A DNA stretch of 64,000 bases from Scyliorhinus canicula. Taxonomy: Eukaryota. How positions within the stretch are numbered: position 1 is the first letter of the stretch; each line of letters begins with the position of its first letter. The DNA lies in the NCBI RefSeq assembly GCF_902713615.1, contig NC_052154.1, forward strand, positions 91,767,030-91,831,029, read 5' to 3'. Made by a program: the position numbers and the translations under genes. The notes under the pieces are model-generated. The model was not told where the DNA came from and made no database searches. It was given only the letters and a program-made list of their open reading frames with translations. This document shows positions 51,233 through 63,792 of the stretch, piece after piece.

Positions 51233-51404
51233 GTTGCACCAGTCGAATCCAATACAAACCTCGAGGATTTTGAGCAGGGTCCAGTGCAAATCCCACAGAC
51301 TCCCTTTAGTGCAGAAGGAGGCCATTTGGCTCATCGATTCTGCACCGATGGCGGTGTTATAACTCAATAAAAAAAATATGTGAATCGTACAAAAAGACAT
51401 CTGG

Positions 51405-53430
51405 GCCATTAATGCCCTGATTGACTCTTAAGTGCCCTCTGAAATTGCATACGCACTCAGCTGCATTAAACAATTGCGAAAACACAAAAAAGGAATGAAA
51501 CGGGGCATCAACCAGGGCACTGGAAACGACAATGGCAAACATTGCCGACCATGCAAAATTATCCTGACAACATGTGGGGGCTTGAGCCGAAGTTGGAAGA
51601 GTAATTGCATGACATAGAGCATACTCACAGAATAATAATTTACATAAAATATCCCAGACATATTACCATTACTGGATATGTCCTGTCTTTCCGGCAGAAT
51701 CGGTTGTACAGTCGGGACCGAATTAACTTGGGAGACATTAACATTAACTCTGGAACTAAGGAAGTCTCATGGCTTCAGGTTTAAAATAGGCAAGGAAACC
51801 TCTTGCTTATTACCACGTACCGGAAACTGACAGCTTATCAATCAGTATGTTGAACACTAATTGGAACAAGCACTGAAGGACGCTGGCAAAGACCCAGACT
51901 ATGCTTTCAGTGGGGGACATCAATGCTCATCGTGAAGTGTGGCTCAGTAGTACCACCACAGACTCAACCGATGAGGTCCGAGAGGAAATTCTTGCTGGAA
52001 TGGGACTGCAGCAGGTGGGGAGGGAACCGACCAGAGGGAAGACATATTTGGCCTCATGCTGATCAATCTGCCTGCAGCAGATGCATCTGTCGATGACAGT
52101 ATCAGTAGAAGTGACTACCAATTGGCCTTGTGGAGACAAATTCCCATCGTCGCATTGAGGCTACCCTCCACCGTGGTGCATGCTACTACCCCGTGCTGAA
52201 TGGAATAAACATCAAAAAGATCTAGCAACTCAAAACAAAACATCCATGAAGTGCTGAGGGCCATCAGCTGCTGCAGCATATTACTTAATCACAATCTGCA
52301 ATCTCCAGACTTGGCATAGCCCCCACTGTACCAATACCAACTAGCCAGGGCAAGAACCCTGCTTCAACGAAGAGGAGAGCAGAGCATGCCAGGAACATCA
52401 GCAAGCATACTTAAATAAATGCGGGGTCAACCTGATGAAGCTCTAACACAGACCTACCTGTGTGCCCAACAGCATAAGCAACAATCAATAGACAGAACTA
52501 AGGGATCCCGCAACAAACACATCAGATCTAAGCTCTGCAGCCCTGTCACAGCGAACCGTGCATTGTGGTGGACAATTAAGGAACTCACTGGATGAGGAGG
52601 AGGCTCCACATATATCCCCATCCTCAACAATGGAGGAACCCAGCACGTTAGTGCAATATACAAGGTTGAACGTTTTGCAACAATTTTCAGTCACAGATGC
52701 CGAATCTATCTCCATCTCTGCCCCAAGACCCCACCATCACAGATTTCAGTCTTCAGCTAATACGATTCACTCCACGTGATATCAATAAATGGCTGAAGGC
52801 ATTGGATGCTGCAAACGATATAGATGCAGAAAATATTTTGGAAAGAATACTGAAGACTTGTACTCCAGAACTTGTCACAACATTGGCTAAGCTGTTCAAG
52901 TATTGCCAGAATACTGGCATCTACCAAGCGATATGGAACATTGCGCAGTTGTATTAGCAGGAAAAATCTAACCCAGCGAAGTCTTTATTAGTCTACTCTT
53001 CATCAGCAGCAAAGGGATGAAAGGAGTCATCAACAGTGCTTTCACGAGACACTTACACAACAATAAGCTGCTCACAGATGCTCAGTTTGGGCTCCGGCCG
53101 GTCAGTCAACTCCTGACCTCATTACAGCCTTGGTTTAAACAATGGTAAAAGATCTGAAGTCAAGAGTAGAAGTGGAAGTGAGTACGCTCGACAACAAGGC
53201 AGCATTTCATCGTGTATGGCATCAAGGTGCCCTAGCAAAACTGGAGTAAATGGGAATCTGGGGAAGCGCTCGGCTGGTTAGAGTCATACCTGGCACAAAG
53301 GAATATGGTTGTGGTGGCTGAACGTCAATAATCGAAGCTCCAGGACATCATTGCAGGAGGTCCTCCTGGTAATGTCCTGGGCTCAACCAACTTCAACTGC
53401 TTCATTAACGACTTCCCTTCCATAGGATTT
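51405..53430 (+). mobile_element. Degraded CR1/L2-group LINE with a Deu-SINE-like 5' segment
   Basis: gattgactcttaagtgccctctgaaattgc..cactcag at 51420-51460, then EN remnants (GDINAHREVWLSSTTTD, QQVGREPTRGK) and RT remnants (TCTPELVTTLAKLF). Confidence 0.6.
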
Positions 53431-53431
53431 C

Positions 53432-53752
53432 ATAGAATTTACAGTGCAGAAGAAGGCCATTCGTAATATCTAGTCTTCACCGGCTCTTGGAAAGAGCACC
53501 CTACCCACGCCCACACCTCTACCCTATCCCCATAACCAAGTAACCTCAATCTTGGATACTAAGGTCAATTTAACGTGTCCAATCCACCTAAACTGTGCAT
53601 CTTTGGACTGTGGGAGGAAACCGGAGCACCTGGAGGAAACACACACACGGGGAGAACGTGCAGACTCCGCACAGAGAGTGACCCAAGCCAGAAATCGAAC
53701 CTTGGACCCTGGAGCTGTGAAGCAATTGTGCTAACAACTATGGTACCGTGCT
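53432..53752 (-). mobile_element. HE1-like V-SINE
   Basis: Full reverse complement, with catagaatttacagtgcag tail. Confidence 0.88.
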
Positions 53753-53814
53753 GCATAAGATGATCCTAAGGTGACAGCGGGGATGCTCTCAGATGGCTGT
53801 GCTGTGTTTAGAAC

Positions 53815-54468
53815 CATTCAGACAAATTTAGGAACACATAAAATAGGAAACGAAGGAGGCTATTTGGCCCTTTAATACTGCTGCGCCATTTATCATGATC
53901 ATGGCTGATCATCAAACTCAATAGCTTAATCCCACTTTTCTCCCACATCCTTTAATCCCTTACATCCTAAATGCTAATCCAACAACTCCTTGAAAATATA
54001 CAATGGTTTGGCCTCAGATACTTGCTATGGCAACTAATTCCACATCTTTGATACTCTCTGGGGGAATAGTATTCACCTAATCTCTGCCCCAAATGGTCTA
54101 CCCCGTATCCTCAGACTGTGACTCCTGGTTCTGGACGCACCGACCATCGGGAACATCCTTCCTGCATCTACACTGTCTAGTCCTGTTCGAATATTATTAG
54201 TTTCTATGAGATCCCCCGTCATTCATCTGAACTCCAGTGAATACAATCCTGTCCAATTCAATCTCTCCTCCGATGTCACTCCTGCGATTGCAGGAATCTG
54301 TTTGGTAAACCTCTACTGCACTGCCCCTATAGCAAGGACATCCTCACTCAGATAAGGAGACCAAAACTGCATCAATTTCCAGGTGTGGCCTCACCAAGGC
54401 CCTGTATAATTGCAGCAAGAAATCCCCGAGCCTGTACTCGAATCCTCTCGTAATGAAGGCCAGCATAT
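53815..54468 (-). mobile_element. CR1 3' fragment, interrupted at 54468 by the proviral LTR
   Basis: MLAFITRGFEYRLGDFLLQLYRALVRPHLE (54344..54538, -); sequence stops abruptly at gccagcatat|TGTGA. Confidence 0.8.
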
Positions 54469-55748
54469 TGTGATGAATATCACGTTCTCTGCAGAATTCC
54501 ATTTGAAATAAGGCAACAGAAATTAATACAATCAGCATTTTAGTTGAAAGTGGAATAAAACCACTTCAGCTAAAGGTCATGTAGAGGTTACCACCCGGTC
54601 GGAGAAACTCCGAGCTCGTTTCAAAGGATTATTAATACAAATAAATACGGAATAAGAAAGACCTTCCTTTGACACACCATAAATTATTTGGGACCACTCA
54701 CCTCCACCTATAATTATTCAAACCATGAGGATGAGAAAGATAAATAATACACAAATCCTTCCTTAACTATATAACACTTGACATTTAGAATAACACTCTC
54801 AAAGAAGTGTCTGTTTGACAATCTATATATCTAAGAAACATGGCAACATTGAAAAGGGACGGATCTCTATACGAGTCCCTCTTTGCTAATATATTTTAAG
54901 ACATATGACATTCACGCACACACTAAGATCATGAAAACGTATATTGATGATAATGCATCAAATTAGTAATTTGGCTATAGGCAATTCATCAGCAATCAGT
55001 GATAAGATAACAGAAGAAGTCCTTGACCGATTAGATTTCATGTATAAAAAGAGGGGCATTTTGGCAGAGAGGTACCTTCTCACTTCCCTGCAGGAGTGTG
55101 GGTCAACGCTCTGTTCTTCAAACTTGCTTCGTCAAACAAAGACATCATGGTTTTTGTAAGTATGTTTCTGTTAAACTTCGTAGAAATGTATTAGAAATTG
55201 ATAGGAGATACTTGAGGCTTTTCCATGTTTTAGATATCACATTCTCTAAAGAGAAGTTAATATGTTAGCAAGGTAACAACGGACTGTTAACGGGTTTTAT
55301 ATTATTCGCAGATAACAAAGGACTGTTAACGGGTTTTTATATTATTAACAGATGACTAAAGACTGTTAATCAATTTATATTTTTAACTCTGGAATTCTGT
55401 ATGTATCTACTGGGAGTATTTTTCAATAAAAGTACTTTGATTAAAGTTATACTGTGTGGACTTACTCTCAAAGTTTAAAATCCTAGACACTCATTCAGGA
55501 AGTCTGGAATTACGAGGACCCACGGCGACAGAGGTAACGATTTAGTTATGAGTGACGTATCTGAACTTTCCCATTAAAAAGTAACTGACATCTTGTTTAA
55601 CTGTCTGAGACCCGGAAAAGCATTCTTCCTTCGTGAGATCAATTTTGAGTTTTAGCAGAGAAACGGATTTCCCTCTATTGGTGGGTTAGTCTCGAGCATG
55701 GGTTACTAATAAAGTATTATGAGGTCAGAATAACCTAAATCCGTCACA
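54469..55748 (+). mobile_element. 5' LTR (1280 bp) of the foamy-like provirus
   Basis: TGTGA...TCACA terminal inverted repeat; TATAAAAA at 55043-55050; GTAAGT donor at 55156-55161; AATAAA at 55425 and 55708; followed by a 2-nt spacer and the PBS. Confidence 0.8.
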
Positions 55749-55750
55749 GT

Positions 55751-55770
55751 TGGCGCCCAGCAAGTGAGGC
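55751..55770 (+). promoter_or_regulatory. Primer-binding site, tRNA-Lys-type
   Basis: TGGCGCCCAGCAAGTGAGGC after ...GTCACA-GT; resembles the spumavirus Lys1,2 PBS TGGCGCCCAACGTGGGGC. Confidence 0.75.
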
Positions 55771-55881
55771 AAGAATAATGCCGTCATAAATATATTAAAT
55801 ATTAAAATATATATATATTTTAAATAAAAGCAGAGAAAAACCGTGTTATCCCTAAAATCGAAAGCGTTCGAATCTGTAAAC

Positions 55882-57020
55882 ATGGCAAACACAGGGAGAA
55901 TATATAAAGTTGCCCAAGAAATTAATGAAGTAATAAATACAACTGCCCTATTCCAAGTTGCGGACAATTAATTTTTTTACCCTGAAAATTTGAAAAGAAG
56001 GACGCATCCATTAGAAATGTATGCCGCATGATAGTTAAAGCAGAAGTCCCTCAAAGGGTTAACAGCAGCCAAAAGCTTTAGACTGCAGATTCAGTGCTCA
56101 TCAGGCAGCCTCCCCGAACAGGCGCCGGAATGTGGCGATTAGGGGCTTTTCACAGTAACTTAATTTGAGGTCTACTTGTAACAATAAGCAATTTTCTTTG
56201 AGATAACTGGTCCAACAGCCTGCGCTGTAATCCGATACCTTTCTTTCGAGTCAGAGAAATTCCAGTGAAGTTAAGTTTTAAATTACATAAAGGAAACCAG
56301 TGGATTGCTGTGTTCTCCATCCTTTGATAAATGTTCATTATTTTAGCAAGCAATTGATTGGAATTGCCAGAAACTTTGTTTGAATTACTTAAAATGATGC
56401 TTATTTGTGAATTGATAGAACCTTAATGACACCATTTTAAAACTGGATAACTGGAGATGTCAGTTGACTTTGCTACCGTATAAATCACCGCAGCTAATTG
56501 CTTCCTCCCGAAAGCAGCCAACATTTTTGTGAATGTAAGAAAAATTTAAAGATCAAGGATTAGGTTCTGAAAGTTATACAAGCTCTTGTGAAGGACATTT
56601 TAAATTCAGTTCTCAGTTTAGATCAGAGCTAAGCTTGCAGTTTTCCAGTAATTCAATTTGAATTTTCAAATATTCTAAGTTTTAAAAGAAAACTTTAAGC
56701 TTCTTTCAAACTTTGCTGAGTAACAAAAAAATCACATTGGTTATAAATAGATAAAGAAATAAATAAAAAGAGAGATAAAGATAGTGGACTCATAGCAGCA
56801 AACGATTTAGAAGACAATCTCCTAACAATGATAACTGTACATCACAGAGACCTCAGTCACATAAATGACGATTCCTCTCAGGAGAATCCCCTCGATAAAA
56901 AACAGCAAGAAATCAGCAGACCCCAGGCTGAAAGGGTAAAAATTAACCAGCCACGGAATTCCCAGCATCAGATTCAACAACAACAAATTGACGCACCGAG
57001 CCCAAGGCACTGAAATCATT
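55882..57020 (+). pseudogene. gag: Probable gag remnant (short, heavily decayed; SINE fragment at ~56103-56200)
   Basis: Lies between the PBS and PR; first ATG after the PBS gives MANTGRIYKVAQEINEVIN; Q/R-rich stretch at 56828..57013. Assignment is mainly positional. Confidence 0.45.
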
Positions 57021-60000
57021 ACCCTTCCGTAGACATTAAAATCAGGGATTTATTTGGAACAGCATTAATGACACACGGTCAGACATGTCAATTGTAGACT
57101 CTCAAGTCTACAAATTCCATGTGTTTGCTGAAAAGCCGCCTAGAACAAATTGAAATTGTGGAAATAACGGGACAATCACAGACAACTCAGATTTTTAACT
57201 GCTCTGTAGAATTAAATGGAATTCAGTACAACTTAAAAACTGCAATGTTAGACATCAATCAGACATCGCCTTCTGGTCAAAAGGTTTTGTTACTTATTGG
57301 AGCTAAAGGTTTAGGACTATAGTTTAACACATTCCCAGTTAATTCTGCCGTGGATTAAAGAGCTGAGCATGTGGTGGAACAGCTCGAATATCACATAGAT
57401 AGCACAGTGAGAGCTAAATTAAAACACCTTTTAAATCCCAATTGGGAATATTTACAGCAGCACGCAAATCATTACGGCAAGTTACAGACTGAACCAACCC
57501 CACTAGGGGTTAACCCATTCCCTGTCCAGAGGCAGTGGCACATCCCAGAACACCGAGGGCGGGCCAGTCTCATTAAAGCAATTGGCTGACTTGAACAACA
57601 AAGAGTCTCAATTAAAAAAAAACATTCACGGTACAATTCTCCAATGTTTGGTGTTGCTAAAGCAGACAACAAATGGCGTCTGGTCATTGATTATACAAAA
57701 TTAAACAAATACACTGAGCCAAACTCAGCACAGCAGGTAAATGCCCAACAGATGGTAAGCCAATTAGTTATAAAGAAGTACTAATTTTGTGTGGATTTAG
57801 CAAATAGTTTCTGGCCTCATCCTATTAAGGAAACAGATCAGCAGTATACTGTGTCCACTGTGCCTAATGGGTATCAATACCTATGGACCAGCCCTCCACA
57901 GGCTTTTAGACATTCCCCACAAATCTTATCAGCTACAGTAATGGACATATTGTCAGACTTACCACAAGTAACTAGTTATGTAGATGACATCTACCGAACA
58001 ACAGACGATTAAGACCAACACTTTGAACTTTTGAATGAAGTTTTTAAACGACTCACTGACAATAGCTATTTAATCAATCTAAAAAAAATCTCAGCTCTGC
58101 AGATCGACAGTAAAGTTCCTCGGCCTGTTTGTGTCAGACACCGACAGGGGTCTGACGAATGACTTCATGGAAAAAGTACCATGCCCACTAAACTCAAAGA
58201 GCTTCAGTCAATTTTAGGATAACTAAATTATGCTAAGGCATTCATCCCTAATTATTCGGAACCAGTTAAACCTCTTTATGACCGATGCTCACCAAAAAAC
58301 AACTCATTCCATTTCACCCATGAGGATTATCAATCCCTCGGGAAACTAATGGATGACGTGGAGAAAGCAATTGATTTAAACACAAGGACGGTCGGTTACA
58401 ACTGGTCCTTAGGATTAAAATCGGATCGAAAACAGGGGCAGGCATAGCCTATACCAAGGATGGAATGATCCAAGTTGCTTTTTATTCCTACAATTTTACT
58501 GCTACTGAACAGCGTGACAATGCTAGTGAACGTACTCTAACCTTTATTTTACAACTCCTAATCAAAGTCAGGCCTTGGCAAGGACAACTCCCAATTCTGA
58601 TACAGATTGCTTGTCACTCTTTGAAATATTTAAAGAGGCTGCCAGAGAATGAAAGGAAAGCAACAGCAGCTAGATACGGCAAAAGGCTAACATTACTTCA
58701 AGACCCAACACTTGAGTGGGAAGTTATTCCTGAACAATTGGATTTGTAATCGCTTCTTCGAATGGAGCACGGAGACCCAGAAAGAGAGAGGGAAAACAAA
58801 CCCCAACACAATCTCACAGACTATAAAGAAGTCTGGTATTTTGATGGCTCTTCAATGAAAATACTTCAACCAGATGGATGAATGAAATCCTCTGCGGGGT
58901 TAGGACTAATCAAAAGGCAATTTCAGGAGTCTAGATTTGTCCCAGAGCAAAACATTGCAATCCCTTTGGGACCCCACATTGCACTATCTGCAGACATAAT
59001 GGCATTAAAAGAAGCAATGCAACGGACAGATTCTAAAAATGCAGTACTAATATGTACCAATTCAGCACATGCAAGAAACGCATATGAAAGAGACCTCCCC
59101 ATAGGGGGAAGAACTAAATGGAAGACAAATCGAAATAAGTATATCAATCATAAATCCATATGGCAAACAGTAGCTATGTTGAGAGGAGACATGCCAAACA
59201 TTCAGGAATTACACATTCCCGGACACACCAAGGGCCAACAGCACAGCTACGGAAATAATTTAGCAGACGAGCAAGCAAAACAAGCAGTAGGGATGGACCC
59301 AACTGAGGTAAGGGAGGCCAGGGTCAATGCCATAACAAGACAGCAAATAGCAGAAAATCAAGATGAAGAATTAGAAATACTGCTAGACCCATGTACCGCA
59401 TTTACCTGGTTAGTCCGAACCGTCCGCTGTTCAAAACTAACAACGACCACCGTAATCTCGTCTTTGCTGTTCCCTGTTACTGGATTACCAACCTGCAAAC
59501 ATGCCGATCGAGGCTCAGCCTTCATTGGTAAGGTTTTCAGAGACATGTGTGAACGATCAGGTGTACAATTGGAATTCAGTACTCCTTACCATCCCAGATC
59601 TAGTGGGATAGTGGAACGTAGAAGTAAAGAGAGGTCTGACAAAACTGATTATGATCAGGGGATCAAAGAGAGCTAACCTGGTACGTGAGGTGCAAATGTG
59701 TCTTAATAACATACCTTTATCTAAGTTTGGCCAGCATCGAAATCTTACACCCTACCGTTTAATGTATGGGATACACATGAATACCCCTTTTCCCAATATG
59801 CTTCAATACCCCTTCCGGAGCCTGAGCCAGAGCTCACTAAGTAACTGAGATCGCTAACTTCTGTAACCCTGAAGTGACAATTCCCCCACCGGACACTTGG
59901 ATGCCTCAAGTAGGTGAATGGGTCCAGGAGAAAAAACAGTCAAATAAATCAGGATTAAGAGTTAAATGGAAACCCTCTTGTGTCATCTCGTAGGTACTCA

Positions 60001-60104
60001 ACGAGGGAACTGTGGTGACTGAAGCAGGAAGAGGGGATCGAACTACTCAGAGAACAGTATTTGTGGATAATTTAAAGCCAGCACCTAGGTACTTTGAACC
60101 TTAA
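57020..60104 (+). pseudogene. pol: Foamy-like pol (protease-RT-RNase H-integrase), disrupted
   Basis: PR ALxDT(R)SDMSIV near 57065; NSPMFGVAKADNKWRLVIDY; DLANSFWPHPI; YVDD at 57977-57988; LKELQSILG*LNYAKAFIPNY; RH WYFDGSS and HIPGH; IN HADRGSAF...LEFSTPYHPRSSGIVER; C-terminal WxPQVGEWVQEK...VFVDNLKP, stop at 60102-60104. Confidence 0.92.
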
Positions 60105-60109
60105 AAGAA

Positions 60110-63100
60110 ATGGATAATGACAATCCATATTTAGGTCTGTATGGACCTCCAATAGAACGAAATCCTCCCTAAGCTAATGATTAAGTAAAAGAAAATAAAC
60201 AATCCAACGGAATTCTTATAAAGACGGCTCACCAGCCTTTCACAATTCACCAGGTTAAAGATCAACCCTTACAGGCAACCAGTACAACTGCAGCCAGTCC
60301 GCCCCCACGGCAGACTGATAGCTCAGCTACCACAGAACATACTTCTGTGGAAATGATTCTTGACAATTTAAATCCATCAGCAGCGTCTGACGAGAGGCAA
60401 AAAACATGTTGCACCCTCAGAAGATGGGTACATAAGAAAGGATGCCACAATTTTTGTTGACATTGTACACTCATGTTACTTTTTATGCTGGTTACCATAA
60501 CTTTAATTGTATGGACAGGAGTATTCGTGATAGGGAATGAAGCCTTCCATCACAGTTTTTCTCAGTGAAGAACCCCAGGTCCCGACACAATTAACTTCGG
60601 GCCACACTATTCAAAGAGTTGCACGATCCGCACCTCATAAATTTGACTAGACAATATTTTCCATTCCCAACGGAAATATATGGACTCCAGTCTTGGAGCC
60701 TACCTGTCTTTCACCAGGAAAGATTGTCATTCCACTAAATTTAATTGTCAATTTAGGAAAATTGATAGATAATCACCAAATAATTTCCCATGACGGCCAA
60801 ACCAGGGGTTGGTTTAGCTCACTGGGCTAAATCGCTGGCTTTTAAAGCAGACCAAGCAGGCCAGCAGCACGGTTCGATTCCCGTATCAGCCTCCCCGGAC
60901 AGGCGCCGGAATGTGGCGACTAGGGGCTTTTCACAGTAACTTCATTGAAGCCTACTCGTGACAATAAGCAATTTTCATTTCATTTTTCATTTCAAATTTT
61001 CCAAATGAAGCAATGAGAGGAAACGATTAAGTTTCTAAAAAAAAAAATCTTCTCCAGAAATATCCTATGATATCGCTCACAGATCCCCAGGAACACCTTT
61101 TGGATCTGTATGGACATTGCTATTTCATAGAATGGACAGGAATCAAAAAGATAGAACCATCTCTCGGCTCTAATTTTAAAGTCTCTAATTGCACACCTGT
61201 ACTAGGTGACTATGAAGGCAATGTCATAGGACATGATTGTCCCATAAATCTCTTATTACAACTTAGTATATTATTGGTCAATCCCAGCCTGGAATCAGGT
61301 AATGTTTGGAGAATATAAATTTTAAAAACAAAATGTACTCGAAAACCCTGGCAACGTCACTATAGTTTGTTCATCTTTACTATATGTCAGCTGATACTAT
61401 CAATCGGGAGATCCAGATAAAAAAACATGGGAAGAAAACGTTTCACAATGCCTAGATCAAGGTGGTCAAGAAACAAATGACACTAATTTTACGGGAAAAC
61501 GTAGAAGAAAATGTTATTCCTCCTGCCTCACAGATCGAGTTGAGACGCGACAAAAGAATAGTAATCACAGCAATCAGTAGGATGAAAACACCCTCATGGC
61601 TCTGTTCCACATCTTGGGACCAAAACAGATATGTGCCCTATATGATATAGTATTTGGAGTAAACAAAACTATTTATGAGAGTCATTGTTACCCTAATGAT
61701 TCTAACCCGACTAGACCCTCTAATCGATATTCAATATTCTGTAAACCACACTATCGAAGCACAGTCGAGGAATGTCACTGTGACAAACCTGGATGGCTGA
61801 CTAGCGAAGATGCTCCACGTGTGGCATGGGTATCTAATAACTTTTCCATTTATGATTGGAAACCTGCTAATTATTCTAGTCACGTCATTCAAGCCGTCTG
61901 CTCCATAGGATGGTATTTTAAACAGAATCCATCAGTCAAGAGGACAGATTTGTTTTAAAATCTTCTTGTATTAACGCTGAGCTAATCCATCGAAATCTTA
62001 AATTACATTCTGCAGGTAGACTGCGAGGATGCTTAAGCAGCTATCCTAACTGTGGAAATAGTACCTCAGCAATCAATAGTACGCAGGAATCTTCTCTGAT
62101 TTCGTTCCTTGAGGTTCCACCACCTTTTAGGGTCATAATGAGAAATTACACTTGGCAGAATTTTGGCGCCCCTAAATCGAAGAAACCAAAAACACCATAT
62201 TTGGTACAAGCTCGGCTCATCAAAGACGGTAACTGATGAGTGTACAGTTAAAAAACACTAAACTTCTAACCTCAGCTTCCTCTTCAGTCATACAAGCCTT
62301 AGGAATTTCCTCACGGTGGTTAAGTGGTTAAAAAACATATCTCCATATTTCACCATAATGACGAGTCTGACTACAGACTCACTGGTAGTACTTCGGGATG
62401 AAACACTGGCAAATAATGATCTCGTTAAAGCTAACTATATGGCCAAAGCAATCAAAAATAACCGACTTCAAATAGTTAGAGGAGAGCTTCCAGATCCTCT
62501 TGTTTCCGCAATATTTAAATATCTCACGACTATTCGCCAGTTGAAAGCACTGCAGAAATCCATTTCTCGAGTCATGTTACTCAGAGTGAGCGAAATTGAA
62601 CAGCATAAACCTGACAGAGTTGATACTCTGTGGTGGTTCAAATACAGAGTATGGAGAATTTCTTTAATAGTGTCCGTGTCAAGTATGCAACCGGACAAAA
62701 GTTATTTTCGAATTTGTAACTGTGTCCAACTCGGACAAATTGCTTCCAGAGGAAATTTTAAATCACATGTATGAGTTCACACTCCATACACTTTAATTGA
62801 CCAGGCTGGATTTAATAGAACTTCCTTGCAGCGATTAGAATATTTTTCCGCTGACATGTGTATACGGACAACCCTGTGCCTATGCTTTGATTGGCAAAAA
62901 CACCATGATTGTAAGAATACATCATGTTCAGTGATTGCAAGCCCTATCTTTGAAAAACTATCTAGAATTCACATTATGGGCAATGGATCAGTAGCGATCC
63001 TTACCTCTGAGTATTGTGATGATTGTCAACTTGCTCCAAGAACATGGATGTTGATGCCGCATGAAAATGTAACTTGCCGTGGCTGTGGCCTTAAAAAAAG

Positions 63101-63540
63101 ACCACGTACACGCAGCAGCAGTCTCCATATCCGCAGAAAATCACTTCCCATCCACCATTAGGATTTGTCTATTGACCGCTCTCAGCGCACATATGTATCA
63201 TACTCACCTCATGGTCACTTACACTAACTATGACGTAACTGAGCATATTAGGCATGCCAAACATTCATTATCACAAGTTCAGATTTTCGATCCTGTCCAT
63301 GCCCCAGACTGGATGCGTGCCCTTGGTTTGGCTGCGGAACATGTTTTTCCCAAAATGGGTTCCACCTTTCAAGGAATTACTCACCCTGCTAGTGGTGTTA
63401 TTTCCTATTTTTCAAGGTTCTATGGATCCTTTAGTAAAGTTCTACATTATGCACTGCCTATCGGTGGCACAATTTGTTTGGTTTTACACATTTCCTGTCT
63501 CCGCAGATGGATCCTCACCATGTTCACAGTCTTTACAGTC
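60110..63540 (+). pseudogene. env: Foamy-like env (leader peptide, SU, TM), disrupted; SINE at 60826-60995
   Basis: TCCTL...LMLLFMLVTITLIVW leader helix (~60405-60520); Cys- and N-glycan-rich SU; TM motifs LKNIS...LVVLRD, SHVxVHTPYTLI, NGSVAILTSEYCDDCQL, APDWMRALG...VFP, and anchor LHYALPIGGTICLVL, which parallel prototype foamy Env. Confidence 0.8.
60826..60995 (+). mobile_element. tRNA-derived SINE (non-HE1 family) inserted in env
   Basis: ggggttggtttagctcactgggctaaatcgctggc...(TTTCA)n. Confidence 0.88.
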
Positions 63541-63615
63541 CACCTTAAGGATTGGGCCGACCACATGCAATTCCTTATTGATCCTAGAACTAGCAGTGAT
63601 CATCAATGGGAATTT

Positions 63616-63792
63616 TTTTTTGCGTAATTGGTTAGACAGCTGGTTTGTAATACAGAACAAGGCCAGCAGCACAGGTTGCAATTCCCGTACCAGCTTACCC
63701 GAAGAGGCGCCAGCTTGTGGTGACTAGGGACTTTTCACAGTACCTTCATACTTGTGCCAATGGAAGATTATTATTATCATTATTAATAATTT
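63616..63792 (+). mobile_element. Diverged SINE inserted in the post-env region
   Basis: aaggccagcagcac...ggcgcc..tgtggtgactagggacttttcacagt...(ATT)n tail; flanked by an AATTT direct repeat (63611-63615 and 63788-63792). Confidence 0.75.

Noticed and set aside
56150-56830. Assignment of specific capsid motifs within the gag region
   Set aside because: Too decayed to align by eye; gag is called only by position.
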